Position numbers and translations under genes: made by a program
Assembly (NCBI GenBank): GCA_009602725.1
Contig: WELB01000029.1
Location: forward strand, 689,522-730,141
DNA: 40,620 nt
From: Spirogloea muscicola
Taxonomy: Eukaryota
Reading direction: 5' to 3'
Notes under the pieces: model-generated
Seen by the model: the letters and a program-made list of their open reading frames with translations, nothing else
Told to the model about the DNA's origin: nothing
The model's database searches: none
Shown: piece by piece, positions 23,325 to 40,620 of the stretch
Numbering within the stretch: position 1 is the stretch's first letter
Layout: the number at the start of each line of letters is the position of its first letter

Positions 23325-24377
23325 CACTGCTGCCTCATGACTGCAACAGTAGGTCGACGGTGATGGTTAGTTCAGGTCTGCTGCAGTACTGCCGTTTAGG
23401 ATATGGCACCTGTTTGAGGAGCGAAGTATGCTGCTGACGGCTCAGGTCTGAGTGGTTAGAGATCCCCACAATAGCCTGTGAAAATGATCAGCATGAGTAT
23501 CGGAGGTGAAGATGTTGGGTGCTGCATGATGCTGGTACCCAACTTGAGCCTGGGTTGCTTATTGTGGCCACGACAAAGCCACGAGGATTACAGTATTCTG
23601 ACATTCTTTGAGGCTTGTTTCACCTTACCAATAGCAAGGATGGCAAGTTCTTGAAAGATTGTCTTTCACTGCTCACTGCAGGAACGGCAATTCATCCGCA
23701 ACATAATCTCACATGCTCCATATGTATGCAAGCTCTGATTGACGACTACATAGTTGAGCAATTCAAAAGTTAGGATTGCATCTCTTGTTTTTGTTGATGT
23801 CATTGTTTTGAATTACGGACGAAGAGTATTGACTACGTATCTTCTGCTTGGAAAGCAGACACTTCGAGATCAATCTATTGGCTGGAAACGAAAGAGTATT
23901 CTAGACCTTGATGAAGGCAGAGGAATTTGGAATACATGATCGATGACTGTACAAGATTTGGATTTCTGCATGTAGTCAATATGTGCAGAGTGAATTGGTC
24001 CCTGATGTTTGTGCATTGTTGGCCCACTACAATACTCCCTGGTAAAGTAATCCTTGAGCTGATTTAGCAGGGGTACATGCAATGCTTTCCATGCAGTGTG
24101 CGTGCAAACAAGACTACTGAAGTGCACGAGACAAGACCAACTTCATCGTCCGAGTCCTATTGAAGCTTCCACCTGACTGTTGCCATGCACAAGTTCGCCT
24201 CTTTGCAACCTTGTGTAAGATTTCACATAGAGGGGAGTTTTGACTACAAACAGACCCGCAGGCATTCATCTTAGACTCTGCAACATCCTCAACGCACGTG
24301 ACCAATGTCTCAAGTGCTGGCAGTGCCAGTGATGGCATGTTCAAGGCAAGCCTAACCTTGAGCACAAGCAGGACAGC

Positions 24378-27300
24378 TCAGTAGGGTCGATAGCCATTTT
24401 GACTGGGTGGCCGATGAGGTTGCCGTGCTGGCCCATATCCCCTCCCACCAGACCGTTGCTGCTGCGATTGTGGAAAGTTCTGATAGTGGTGATGGGGTTG
24501 GTCAGAGGCATCCTTGTCCTCTTTGCGCTTGTGCTCGACCTTCAGCGTCCTACCTGCAAGTACTGTGTTGTGAACCCCAGCAAGAGCTCGTTCAGCATCC
24601 GCAGAGGAGGCCATAGTCACAAACCCTGTAAGCAAGCCATTCCCCGCCAGAAACGTGCGAGCAGGCAAACAAGAGGCATCTTAGTGGCCGAACATCAATT
24701 CTTAATTGGTTCAAGTCCTGATTAGCTCAACATTAATGTATCAGCAGAGGAGGAGTTTCATCATAATAGAGAATATTGTGCACACTAACCAAAGCCACGC
24801 GTTCGACCAGTCTTCTTGTCCACTCCCATCTTGGCAGTATTCACAGTGCCATGTGAAGAGAAAAGGTCTGCTAACTCCTGGTCTCCGAAGTTGTCCGGCA
24901 ATCCAAATACAAACAGCTGATTGCCTGACAATCACCAACAACTTCTTAACCTTGATTAGTAAATTCTGATCTGGTCAGAGTCAAGGGGTGTGCAAACATG
25001 CCTGCCGCGAAGGAGAGGCAGCCTGCCTGTGGAAGAGGAGGGTGACAAGGGCAGTGCCGGAGAGGTTTTTTGGCCTCTGTCTGAAGCGGGCGAGCCCGCT
25101 TGAAGGTGAAGCACCGGTGCTGCACTCACTGCAGAAGCTCAAAAGCCGAGATCAAATTTCAACAGATGCTAGGGCAAAGTGGTCTCGATGTGTGCGATCA
25201 ATATATCCAGGTCGATTGGGGCTAATACAGGGCTTCACCATGAGGCTGCACTGCCGGTGGCGCTGAAGAGCGAGCTGCAGGAGTGCTTTCCTGCTGTTGA
25301 TACTGCTGCTGTTGCGGAGGCCCAGAGCTTGGATATGTATGCTGCAGGGGCTGCCCTTCTTGCTGGGGACGGGTCGGCCTCAGCTGCTGTTGAGGAGAGG
25401 GCACAGGATAGGGCGAAGTCGCATGTGGAGAGCTCAAAGAACCAATATAAGGGACGTGGCCATGGTGTAAGCCATGCTTGGCATTCTGGGCAAATTGCTG
25501 CGCCACCAGCTCTGCAGGCTTTTCCCATTGCGTGATGCCTGCCAACACCATGAAGTAGAGGTTCATGTGAGATGAGTCGCGTCATGCCAGCTTCTGGGAG
25601 ATATTGAGTCCAGGGGTTCTTAAAGAGTGTCCCAGGGCGACAGTGTGGACTCGTGCTGACATGACAGAGCTCGTGTTGCATTCATCTGGCCAAGAATGGA
25701 ACAGATGAGCACCACTAGCCTGCCTGCGTTGCCAAGAAAGGAGCTGACCCACAACCCTGGAACAACTCGGACGTGAATGGACACCTAGTGCTTCCTCAAG
25801 CCAAGGCTCGACGGCCTTGTCCTGATGTCCTCTGGACAGAGGCTGGTGGTGGGTTACTCCCAAAAGCCTACTGTGTGCAGATGAGAGCCGCAAGTACATA
25901 CCAAGCATGAACAGCAGGACTTGTCATGAACGCTGATTTGGGAATGAGTCTGATGCTTGCTGATGCAATCTACAAGACTGATGCTGGCTAGCGTGCAGCG
26001 AGGAGGGGGCCATAGGCTTGGAAAGAGAAGGAGAGCTTGCTACCGATGTGAGGGGTCAGAGGAGGGCAAACCAGTTGCTGCGTTGAAGTAGAAGGGCTTG
26101 CCATCGGGTGCCAAATGCTCGGCCCACTGCCGCGAATTGTCAGGGTGGGCCCCTGCGGCCTCGAAGTCCCCTGCGCTCATTGGCGGCACGCTCTCCTGCA
26201 ATTGGCCTCTAGCAACTGTTACAGACAGGTAACAGTAGCCAGCACCTCTCCTATGCTGCCGGCCAGCCTATTCTGCTTCTCTCCTTTTTCTCGGAGGATA
26301 GTGAGCTGGACTACAACATCTCTTGCAACATGTAAACCAGGAGGGAGGCTACTCGTAGTCCGTTGGACAGCACCCGAGAAGTGAATACGGGCATGAAAAA
26401 GTGCTCCCCAAATCTTATACATTGACCTCTCCAGTATGGTCATGACCCTTAACATGACTGACGAGGTTCTATCCGGTGAGTCTCTCATGCCTGGTTTCAT
26501 GGTATTCTCGCTACATCAACAGAATGCTTGGCAGCTACAACATGACGGACCGAGAGTGAGCTCTCTTGATGTATCTCACACCCACGAGACCCAGAGGCAG
26601 TCTTCTGCTCTGCATGCGTACTCCTCTGTACGTGGCCCCACCTGGTAGTCTTCATCACCCAACCTAGCCTGCAAATGTCATGTTTGTCAACTCGACGCCT
26701 ACCGGGGCCTCAACCTAGCATGCAGGCTGCAGTCCCCAACAGAGACCGAGCGACGGCCGTCCATTCCATGCCGCCACTTGAGAGACCTCATTCTGAAACC
26801 TTGTGCCATGCCAGCACACTTGCCCTAGCGGCTTGCCTACTGATAACAGAAGCCATTGACAAAGGCCCAGTGAAGGGTAGATCGCGACTAATGCTAATTA
26901 GAAGTATTTGTAGATCTGTAGTTCCTACCAAGCAAGATGAACGACATCATGAGGCCGTATGGCCTGCACTATCTCACCTCTCCCTGTGTGGAGCTGCCAC
27001 AATTGCTGCCTGCACTAATTACAGACCTTGGCTGCTTGCCGGTGCAAAGCTCCCCCCATAGAGCACTGGAAGTCCTTAATGAGATCACCAATGTCTGCCA
27101 TGACGACCTCTGAGCATACATGTCGAAATTTCTATGCTGGAGCAGAAGCTGCAGCCCAGAGAGCTGGAGTTGGGGGAATGATGTGTGTGGTGCCGTACCT
27201 GGGAAGTGGCGGAGGAATTACTATTAAGCGGCCACCCTGTCGGAGGCGCTCCACGATGTACTCCACCATTGGTCGGTGCAGAATGCGATGCACCCTGCCA

Positions 27301-28229
27301 CTGTGGGCATGCCAGCAGCCCACTGTGACTTTTCCTCGCAGCAGCACCGTGCCAACTGAGGAGCGCGTCAGCAAACGGTGAGCGAGTAGGGGCAAGACTG
27401 GTCAAGCAGTACCGACGAGCGCACCTGCTGGACAACATAGCCATCAGCATAGCCTCTGTGCACATCCTCGGCTGGGTGGCCGTTGTCCTGGGTGCGTGCG
27501 AACTGAGAAGCAGGCTGCGATGGCTGCGGCTGCGGCTGCGACTGCGGCTGCAGCTGCGGCTGCTGCTGCTGCTGCTGCTGATAGCCGAAAGACGTGTTGG
27601 TCTGTGCGAGCTCCGCACGCAGGCGCTCCAGGTCCCGTGCCATGGCCACGAGGCTCTTCTCCAGGCCCGCGCGCACCTCGGCCGCCTCCGCTGTTGCCGC
27701 CTTCTCCGTCTCAAGAGCGGCCCTGGCGTGCGGCAGTGCGTCGAGCTCGCCCTGCAGCTGGCGCAGGTCCTGCTGGAGCATGGCCTCTGAATCCGCGCGG
27801 TGCTGGATCTCCGCCCGTAGCGCCTGCAGCTCCGCCCTCAGAGGCTCTGTGGCAGCCATGGGTGCGCAGGTCAGCCCAATCTCGTCTAGGCGCAGAGCTC
27901 ACGATGCCAGCGGGCACAGCGGCCGGATGCAGCTGGGCCCTCACCGACGGCGCGGAGCTCGGCCTCCATCTGCGCGGTCTTGTCCAGCAGCGCACGGATG
28001 GTGCTGTCCTTGTCGGCCTGCTCCCCAGGCCAACGTCAGCAGCCAGCCAGCCTCTGGCAGCTCGGCAGGGCGGCGGCGGCGGCGGCGGCGGCGGCCGGAC
28101 CTGGAGGGCGTGGAGCGTCTGCTGGTAGCGGCCGAGGTCCTCCTGCGCGTTCCCCAGCTCCAGCTGCAGGCCGCGTTGCACCGCCCCCAGCCGCGCGTTC
28201 TCCTCTGCCAGCCGCGCCATCTCCACGTG
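24378..28229 (-). CDS. FLX-like coiled coil + WW + CELF-type RRM multidomain protein. Exons 28229-28101, 28017-27945, 27846-27425, 27294-27199, 26668-26642, 26195-26072, 25538-25239, 24924-24790, 24625-24378; first exon(s) in the gap
   Basis: FLX signature ARAALETEK...LEKSLVAMARDLERLRAEL. WW domain WAEHLAPDGKPFYFNAATG|ITQWEKP. RRM NQLFVFGLPDNFGDQEL...DKKTGRTRGFG|FVTM...LKVEHKR. All eight introns are GT-AG with matching phases. Confidence 0.8.
27514..27580 (-). repeat. (CAG)n/(CAGCCG)n coding microsatellite encoding a polyQ/QP tract
   Basis: Encodes YQQQQQQQPQLQPQSQPQPQPSQ directly after the coiled coil. Confidence 0.9.
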
Positions 28230-28291
28230 CTGCGCGCCGCCGCCGCCGCCGTCGCGGCCGCCGCCGTGAGTTGCGGGGGCCGCAGGCGGTG

Positions 28292-28564
28292 NNNNNNNNN
28301 NNNNNNNNNNNNNNNNNNNNNNNNNNNNNNNNNNNNNNNNNNNNNNNNNNNNNNNNNNNNNNNNNNNNNNNNNNNNNNNNNNNNNNNNNNNNNNNNNNNN
28401 NNNNNNNNNNNNNNNNNNNNNNNNNNNNNNNNNNNNNNNNNNNNNNNNNNNNNNNNNNNNNNNNNNNNNNNNNNNNNNNNNNNNNNNNNNNNNNNNNNNN
28501 NNNNNNNNNNNNNNNNNNNNNNNNNNNNNNNNNNNNNNNNNNNNNNNNNNNNNNNNNNNNNNNN
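28292..28564. other. Assembly gap covering the start of the FLX-like gene
   Basis: Run of N. Confidence 1.
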
Positions 28565-28587
28565 GGGGGGGGGGGGGCGAGGACCTT

Positions 28588-28615
28588 AAACCCTAACCCT
28601 TGGCCCGCCGGCCCA
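28588..28615. promoter_or_regulatory. Telo-box with adjacent site II-like motifs upstream of the FLX-like gene
   Basis: AAACCCTAACCCT followed by TGGCCC and GGCCCA in the short intergenic segment. Confidence 0.45.
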
Positions 28616-28847
28616 GTGGCAAAACCCCGAGGCCGCTGCTACCCATAGCCATAGTCAAGCCTCAACGGCTGCCCGAGCACCGCCCGCGCCTCGCAGCCAT
28701 GCATGCAGAGCGCCGCACTGCAACGCCCGCGAGCTACGTCCGTTCCTCCGGCAATGGCGGCGGCAGCGGCGGCGGCGGCAGCGGCGGCGGCAATGGCGGC
28801 CTGCCTCTGTCCATAGCAGCATGCGATCTCTCTACGCGGCCTGCCTG

Positions 28848-34884
<6,037 letters not shown>

Positions 34885-35727
34885 NNNNNNNNNNNNNNNN
34901 NNNNNNNNNNNNNNNNNNNNNNNNNNNNNNNNNNNNNNNNNNNNNNNNNNNNNNNNNNNNNNNNNNNNNNNNNNNNNNNNNNNNNNNNNNNNNNNNNNNN
35001 NNNNNNNNNNNNNNNNNNNNNNNNNNNNNNNNNNNNNNNNNNNNNNNNNNNNNNNNNNNNNNNNNNNNNNNNNNNNNNNNNNNNNNNNNNNNNNNNNNNN
35101 NNNNNNNNNNNNNNNNNNNNNNNNNNNNNNNNNNNNNNNNNNNNNNNNNNNNNNNNNNNNNNNNNNNNNNNNNNNNNNNNNNNNNNNNNNNNNNNNNNNN
35201 NNNNNNNNNNNNNNNNNNNNNNNNNNNNNNNNNNNNNNNNNNNNNNNNNNNNNNNNNNNNNNNNNNNNNNNNNNNNNNNNNNNNNNNNNNNNNNNNNNNN
35301 NNNNNNNNNNNNNNNNNNNNNNNNNNNNNNNNNNNNNNNNNNNNNNNNNNNNNNNNNNNNNNNNNNNNNNNNNNNNNNNNNNNNNNNNNNNNNNNNNNNN
35401 NNNNNNNNNNNNNNNNNNNNNNNNNNNNNNNNNNNNNNNNNNNNNNNNNNNNNNNNNNNNNNNNNNNNNNNNNNNNNNNNNNNNNNNNNNNNNNNNNNNN
35501 NNNNNNNNNNNNNNNNNNNNNNNNNNNNNNNNNNNNNNNNNNNNNNNNNNNNNNNNNNNNNNNNNNNNNNNNNNNNNNNNNNNNNNNNNNNNNNNNNNNN
35601 NNNNNNNNNNNNNNNNNNNNNNNNNNNNNNNNNNNNNNNNNNNNNNNNNNNNNNNNNNNNNNNNNNNNNNNNNNNNNNNNNNNNNNNNNNNNNNNNNNNN
35701 NNNNNNNNNNNNNNNNNNNNNNNNNNN
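34885..35727. other. Assembly gap covering the divergent FtsHi1/ribophorin I 5' region
   Basis: Run of N. Confidence 1.
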
Positions 35728-35840
35728 GCGAGGCCCGCGCGGCCAGGCCGGGCGCGCGCCGCGGGCCCCGCCGTGCCTGGCTCTCGCTGACGGCGCGGGC
35801 GGCGTGCCATGCTCATGCCCGGCTTGGTGGGCGCCCGCAG

Positions 35841-38713
35841 ATCGACCTCCGGTCCCAGGTGGTGCGCATTGGCTACTCCATGAAGGTGAGCCGCGGCCGC
35901 CATTGCTGCCCGAGCTCGAGCTCCACTTCTGAGCGCGCGTCCTGAGGCTCGAACCTCTGCCCTCTCCAGGTCGAGAACCGAGGTGGCGCCAGCGTGGCGG
36001 AGCTGCTGCTGGCAATGCCGGCAGCGCAGGCTCAGCATGTGGCGCTGGTGCGGGCTGCGGTCATGGGCAAGGGCAAGGCCAAGGGGGCCGCGAAGACGAG
36101 CCTCGCGGCCGCGCCGGCCACCGTGGAGGGCGCGGCGGCCAATGTCAGCTTCTGGGCGCTGGCGCTGCCGGAGCCGCTGGCGCCCGGTGAGAAGCTGAGC
36201 GTGGAGGCGCTCGTGGCCATCACCGGCGTCCTCGAGCCCTTCCCGGCGGAGATCGGGCAATCCGACAGCCAGCTCGTACTCTTCCGCGACGGCCACTACG
36301 CGCTCTCGCCGTACCCCTCCGAGCGCCAGAGCACGCTGCTGCGCCTGCCCAGCGCCCACGTCGAGTCCTTCACCCCCCTCCCGCCCCACAACAACGCAGG
36401 CAAGGAGCTCACGTTCGGGCCGTACGACAAGGTTCCGCCGCTGGCGCACTCCCCGCTCACTGTGCACTACGAGCACGACCTCCCGTTTGCCGTGGCTGAG
36501 GACGTGGTGCGCGAGATCGAGGTCTCGCACTGGGGCAACGTCTACGTCCAGGAGGACTACAGCTTCGTGCACGCCGGCGCGCGCCACAGGGGCGTCTTCT
36601 CCAGGTGAGTCGATGCAGCTTGTCTATTTGGCTGGCATGACTAGCGGGGTACAATGTGGATCTGGGATATGGCTGAATGATTTGGGAGTCTCATGGCAGA
36701 TTTCTCGTGAGTGGCGCTTTTGCAGGTTCGAGTACCAGTCGCGGCCCCACATGAGCGGCGTGTCATCGCTGCGGGGCCTGCGAGCGCGGCTGCCGCCTTC
36801 GGCGCACTCCATCTACTTCCGCGACGAGATTGGAAACATCTCCTCGTCCCTTGTTCGCTATCACGTCGAGAATGTGGGCAGCTTCGCAAACCCGTTCCCT
36901 TCTGCATCTGCGGCCACAATCTGTGGAGTGGGCAGGCGCCCCGCATCTGCGCTCGAGTTGCCTCTGACCAGGAGTTTGCCTGACTGTTTATGACCTCCCC
37001 GCGGCCTCCAGACGGAGCTGGAGCTGTCCCCGAGATACCCTCTCCTAGGCGGCTGGCGGGCCAAGTTCACAATCGGCTACAGCGTGCCGCTGGAGGAGTT
37101 CGTGTCACGGGCCCCGGGGGGGCAACGAGTCCTCAGGGCCACCTTCAGCACGCCGTTTGAGGACGTTGTTGTCAACAACCTCGTTGTCAAGGTGCTCACT
37201 TTCTTTGGTGCTATCGTCTCACTTCCCTGACACCTCAATGGAAGCACGTCAGAGGAGGACTAGCGGACATTCCCGTCAAGAGGGCAACAACCACACACCC
37301 ATATCGTCTCATTTGGCCTTGACAGTCTCTCTTCGCTTGATAGAGATAGAGCATGGGAAGCAGCGTGATGGAGGCACGATGCAAGCTCATCAAGTCGGCG
37401 TGCCTCTTGTTGAGGGCAACAGGTAGTGCTGCCCGAAGGCTGTTGGGATATCAATGCGGAGGCCCCATACGAGGCAGAGCAGAAGATGGAGGTGCCCCCA
37501 CCTCCTGTCTGGCTGCTGCGATGCTGGCTAGAGCTGCGAGTGTTGAGTCCTTCACTTCTGGGTCTTGCAGCAGCAAACTCTGCAATTCTTGTGATGAGCA
37601 TCGGCTCGCGCTCCTTACCTTACCTTACACAAAGGCCCGCATGCAGACCAAGTACACGTACTTGGACACGATTGGCCGGCCTGTCGTGGTCCTCCACAAG
37701 CGAAACTTGGTGCCTGAACACTCAGAGGACTTTCAGGTAGGCGACTGAGCCCCCTGCCACACACAGGGAGTTGAGCTGGTGTTGGCTAGGCTGGTACAAG
37801 CACCGGCAACCACCCATTATTTCGACGAGATGCGTACAAGGCCTCGTGCTCGGTCTGCAAGCTGGCCCAGAATGAGAGGCGGTGTGTAAGATCTTGTGCA
37901 CCTGCTGTCACATGTGTGCCTGGACGGAGATGTCCACGTGGGTGCCATATTATGTGATGAGCCTTTTCAGCATCATGATGGCACTGCTTCTGCAGGTCTT
38001 CTACCGCTTCAATCCACTGGCGCAGCTCGTGGAACCGCTCCTACTTGTGGCAGCCTTCTTCACTTTCTTCTTGGCCTCCATGGCCTATGTCCGGTGTGAC
38101 TTCACCATTGCTAAGTCCTCCACGAGCTACCAGGCCAAGCTGCAGCGAGAAGAGGTGCAGTATACCCCTCAGTCAGCAAGGCTCGTGGCACGATGCTGCA
38201 CACGGCGCAAGGACAGGGCCTTCCTTAGGGCTTGAGTCTGGGTGCCTTGGTGGCGTGGCTCAAACGCAGGCCTTTACTTCTGTGGGGTTCTGTGTGCAGA
38301 TGATGGATGCCATGCAGCGGCTGCAGAAGGTGATGGCTGTGCGGCTCAGCTTTACCGAGAGGCTGGAGGCTTCGTTACGCGACCTAGTGCGCACCGGCGA
38401 CGTTGCGGCAGCCAAGGCGTCCCGAAAGTTGCTCGAGTCTTCGCTCAAGGACACGGCCAAGGATGTGAAGTCCGTCACCGATGTCCTCGAAGCTTCGCCA
38501 CGCGCGGCGCATGTGCTGCCACGCGTGCAAACGCTGGTGGCCAAGGAGAGGGAGAAACAGGACAAGGTGTTGCAGAAGCACATTGCAACAAGTGATGCAT
38601 TCGAGCGGAAGCTACCACGAAAGGAGATCGATCAACGCATCGCCCCGCTGCAGGAGAAGGTCCTTAGCCTCACTCTCGAGGTCCGCGAGCTGCTCCAGAA
38701 TATCGAGGCCTGA
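35841..38713 (+). CDS. OST1: Oligosaccharyltransferase subunit 1 (ribophorin I), multi-exon, first exon in the gap
   Basis: PFPAEIGQSDSQLV, VREIEVSHWGNVYVQEDY, FSRFEYQ, IYFRDEIGNISSS, PRYPLLGGW, KYTYLDTIGRPVVVLHKRNLVPEH, TM EPLLLVAAFF, and a helical cytosolic tail ending at TGA 38713. Confidence 0.95.
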
Positions 38714-40119
38714 GGGTCATGTAGGGAGAGTAGGGAGCATTTGATCCACTCGTCCTCTGGTCGGTGGCAGCAGTCTGCACTGGTGCCTATCGTGGCGCGA
38801 GATTACCATTAGCACTCTTTGAGTTGGTACACGTGGGTGTTGCGGCATTGCTGAATGATCTCGTCCAGCGATTTTGATAGCCGAACTTGCACGCTGCAGC
38901 AGCTGGCCAGCTATTAGATTTAACAACGGTGGTTTCCGCTCCACTTTGCTCTAGACCTAGTGCAAGATGGACCCGATACTGGTCTTGCATACACATTCCC
39001 ACAGCATACACGTCTAAAGCTTGCACTTCTGATCTTTCAAGCTTCTAATCTTCCAAAGTGTGTGTGACATAACTCGCTCCGGACAGTACAGCTAGCAGTA
39101 CTGTCTTGTTGCAACGAGAAGTGCAATCGGACACAGGCACAAGAGTATCAGATTGTCACCAACATTGAGCTGGACATGGAGGGTTCTCAGGACTTAATGA
39201 TCTGTATGCTAGTCACTGCAACCAACATCCCTGTAGACTTCTAAGCAGCACACTCAATGCAGGCAGAATGGACATACTTCGTCTGTGTATGTCATTGTGC
39301 ACTGGATGTACAGTGTACATCTGGTTGCACCAAGATGCCTTGTAAATCCACAATTATTTTGACTGCCCCATTTCGTTCCTTGGACAAGATAAATACTCAT
39401 AGATCTGACGGATGCAGCCCCCAGCACAAACAACACATTCAAACCGGCCGCTTCTGTTGGGTGTGAGACCGTAGATTTGGTGCAAATAAAGAAGGCCATG
39501 ACGTTGCTGTGGCTGCCTGTACCTCTGAGGTTGGCTCTCATCTTGTGGACCTAGATACTCACTGGTTAACTCAATGAAGCTGACAGGCTACCAAATTCCC
39601 TGGCCAAGGTACAAGGACATGTTCACCTTTGTATCAATTCAGGCGCCCGCTGCAATAAAAGCACAGTAGCAGGATGGGCCTTGGTCACGAGGCCGGTTGT
39701 CGTGGCTAGGTCATGGGCACGACAAGACCTACGACATTGGTGGTTTGCTGGACTGCTGGCTTGCTGGATTACTAGCACGGAGCAGTGCCTGCGGAACCAC
39801 AAAGGCTACAATCGAAAATGTGGAGACAAACCGCCACTGGCACAGTTGCACAAGCCCAAACTGTTACTGTGCAGCGCAGATGCGACCAGTCTGCAAGACA
39901 AAGTACGATATGGAGAGCCGAGCTTGCTCAGCGTGTCCAGGGCCACTGCGAAGCTGCCGCTGCCACCCATGGCCTGCTCCAGTGACTGACAGGGGATTTG
40001 ACGACCGAGAAAAGGAGGGTGTACCAAAGAAAGGACGAGGCAGTGCTCAGGAAGTGGAAGCTCAGAAGCTCGCCGAGAATGGACATCGCTCGAGTGAACG
40101 GGGCTGTATGCCCCGGTCA

Positions 40120-40620
40120 CTCCGACACATTCATCAACATCATCAACCTGCTAACAGTTTCTACGAGCGCTTGTGCTGCCGCCCTTCTTGATGACACATG
40201 GCAGTCCTCTGACATCCAACGTCCTAGTGATATACCGTCTGTGTCCACTTGTCGGAGCTTGCAGAATGCTAAGCGCGACTCGAGTGCGACAGCCGGGTCC
40301 TGCGGCGGACACGGGAGGGAGCGGACACTTGGGTGCTCGACGACTCCTCACCACGCACACTGAGGCAATCAGTGTTGGCGCCGGCACGCAGGACTCGCAG
40401 CGAGACGTGGTGGCAGAGAAGCTGCGAGCGGGTGACCGACGGGACCGGCGGGCGAGCAGACGGCAGCGCGGCGGGATGCGGCTTGGGAGCGCGCCGCAGC
40501 GGAGGCGCGCGGGGCCAGCGAGCTCGGCGAGCTCGGCGAGCTCGGCTTGCAGCAGTCGCAGCTTGTGGCCAAGGCCCTGCGAGGCGCGCGGCGGCGGCGG
40601 CGGCGGCGGCGATGGCTGCG
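40120..40620 (-). CDS. Possible 3' exons of an unidentified gene running off the window end
   Basis: GC-rich sequence with plausible AG/GT junctions (CTCGCAG|CTTCTC...GCGTG|GTGAGG, CCGCAG|GACCCG) giving ...LIASVCV|DPAVALESRLAFCKLRQ...NVSE*. No recognisable domain. Confidence 0.3.

Noticed and set aside
24378..24668. Stand-alone small RRM gene
   Set aside because: It has only the second half of an RRM. The RNP2/RNP1 exon and the WW exons upstream splice to it in frame.
27132..27395. Protein-like ORF (HRPMVEYIVERLRQGGRLIVIP)
   Set aside because: Splice phases favour the other frame (GASHSAPT...SATSQ) for exon 27294-27199, and no domain is recognisable in this ORF.
28586..28600. Chromosome end or telomere array
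   Set aside because: Only about two units, internal and next to a gene start, so it is better read as a telo-box.

Overview
GC-rich eukaryotic DNA with plant-type genes and spliceosomal introns. It most resembles a streptophyte green alga or an early-diverging plant, which is inferred from gene families and composition. About 1-18 kb is a nested transposon block. It holds a decayed minus-strand Ty3/Gypsy chromovirus (259-9446) inserted into the RNase H of an older Gypsy, several plus-strand solo LTRs, an internally deleted gag+chromodomain LTR element with a perfect TSD (12911-16016), and probable LINE debris. About 18.8-40.6 kb is gene-dense: an MRS2 Mg2+ transporter (-), a glycerophosphodiester phosphodiesterase (+), an FLX-like/WW/RRM multidomain gene (-), FtsHi1 (-), ribophorin I (+) and a possible partial gene. 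Three N-gaps sit at gene 5' ends. The most notable observation is a frame-consistent 9-exon model joining an FLX/FLL coiled coil, Q/P-rich spacers, an FCA-like WW domain and a CELF-type RRM in one protein. This could be a fusion of partners (FLL2 and FCA) that are separate proteins in Arabidopsis. All analysis was by eye; no database searches were run.
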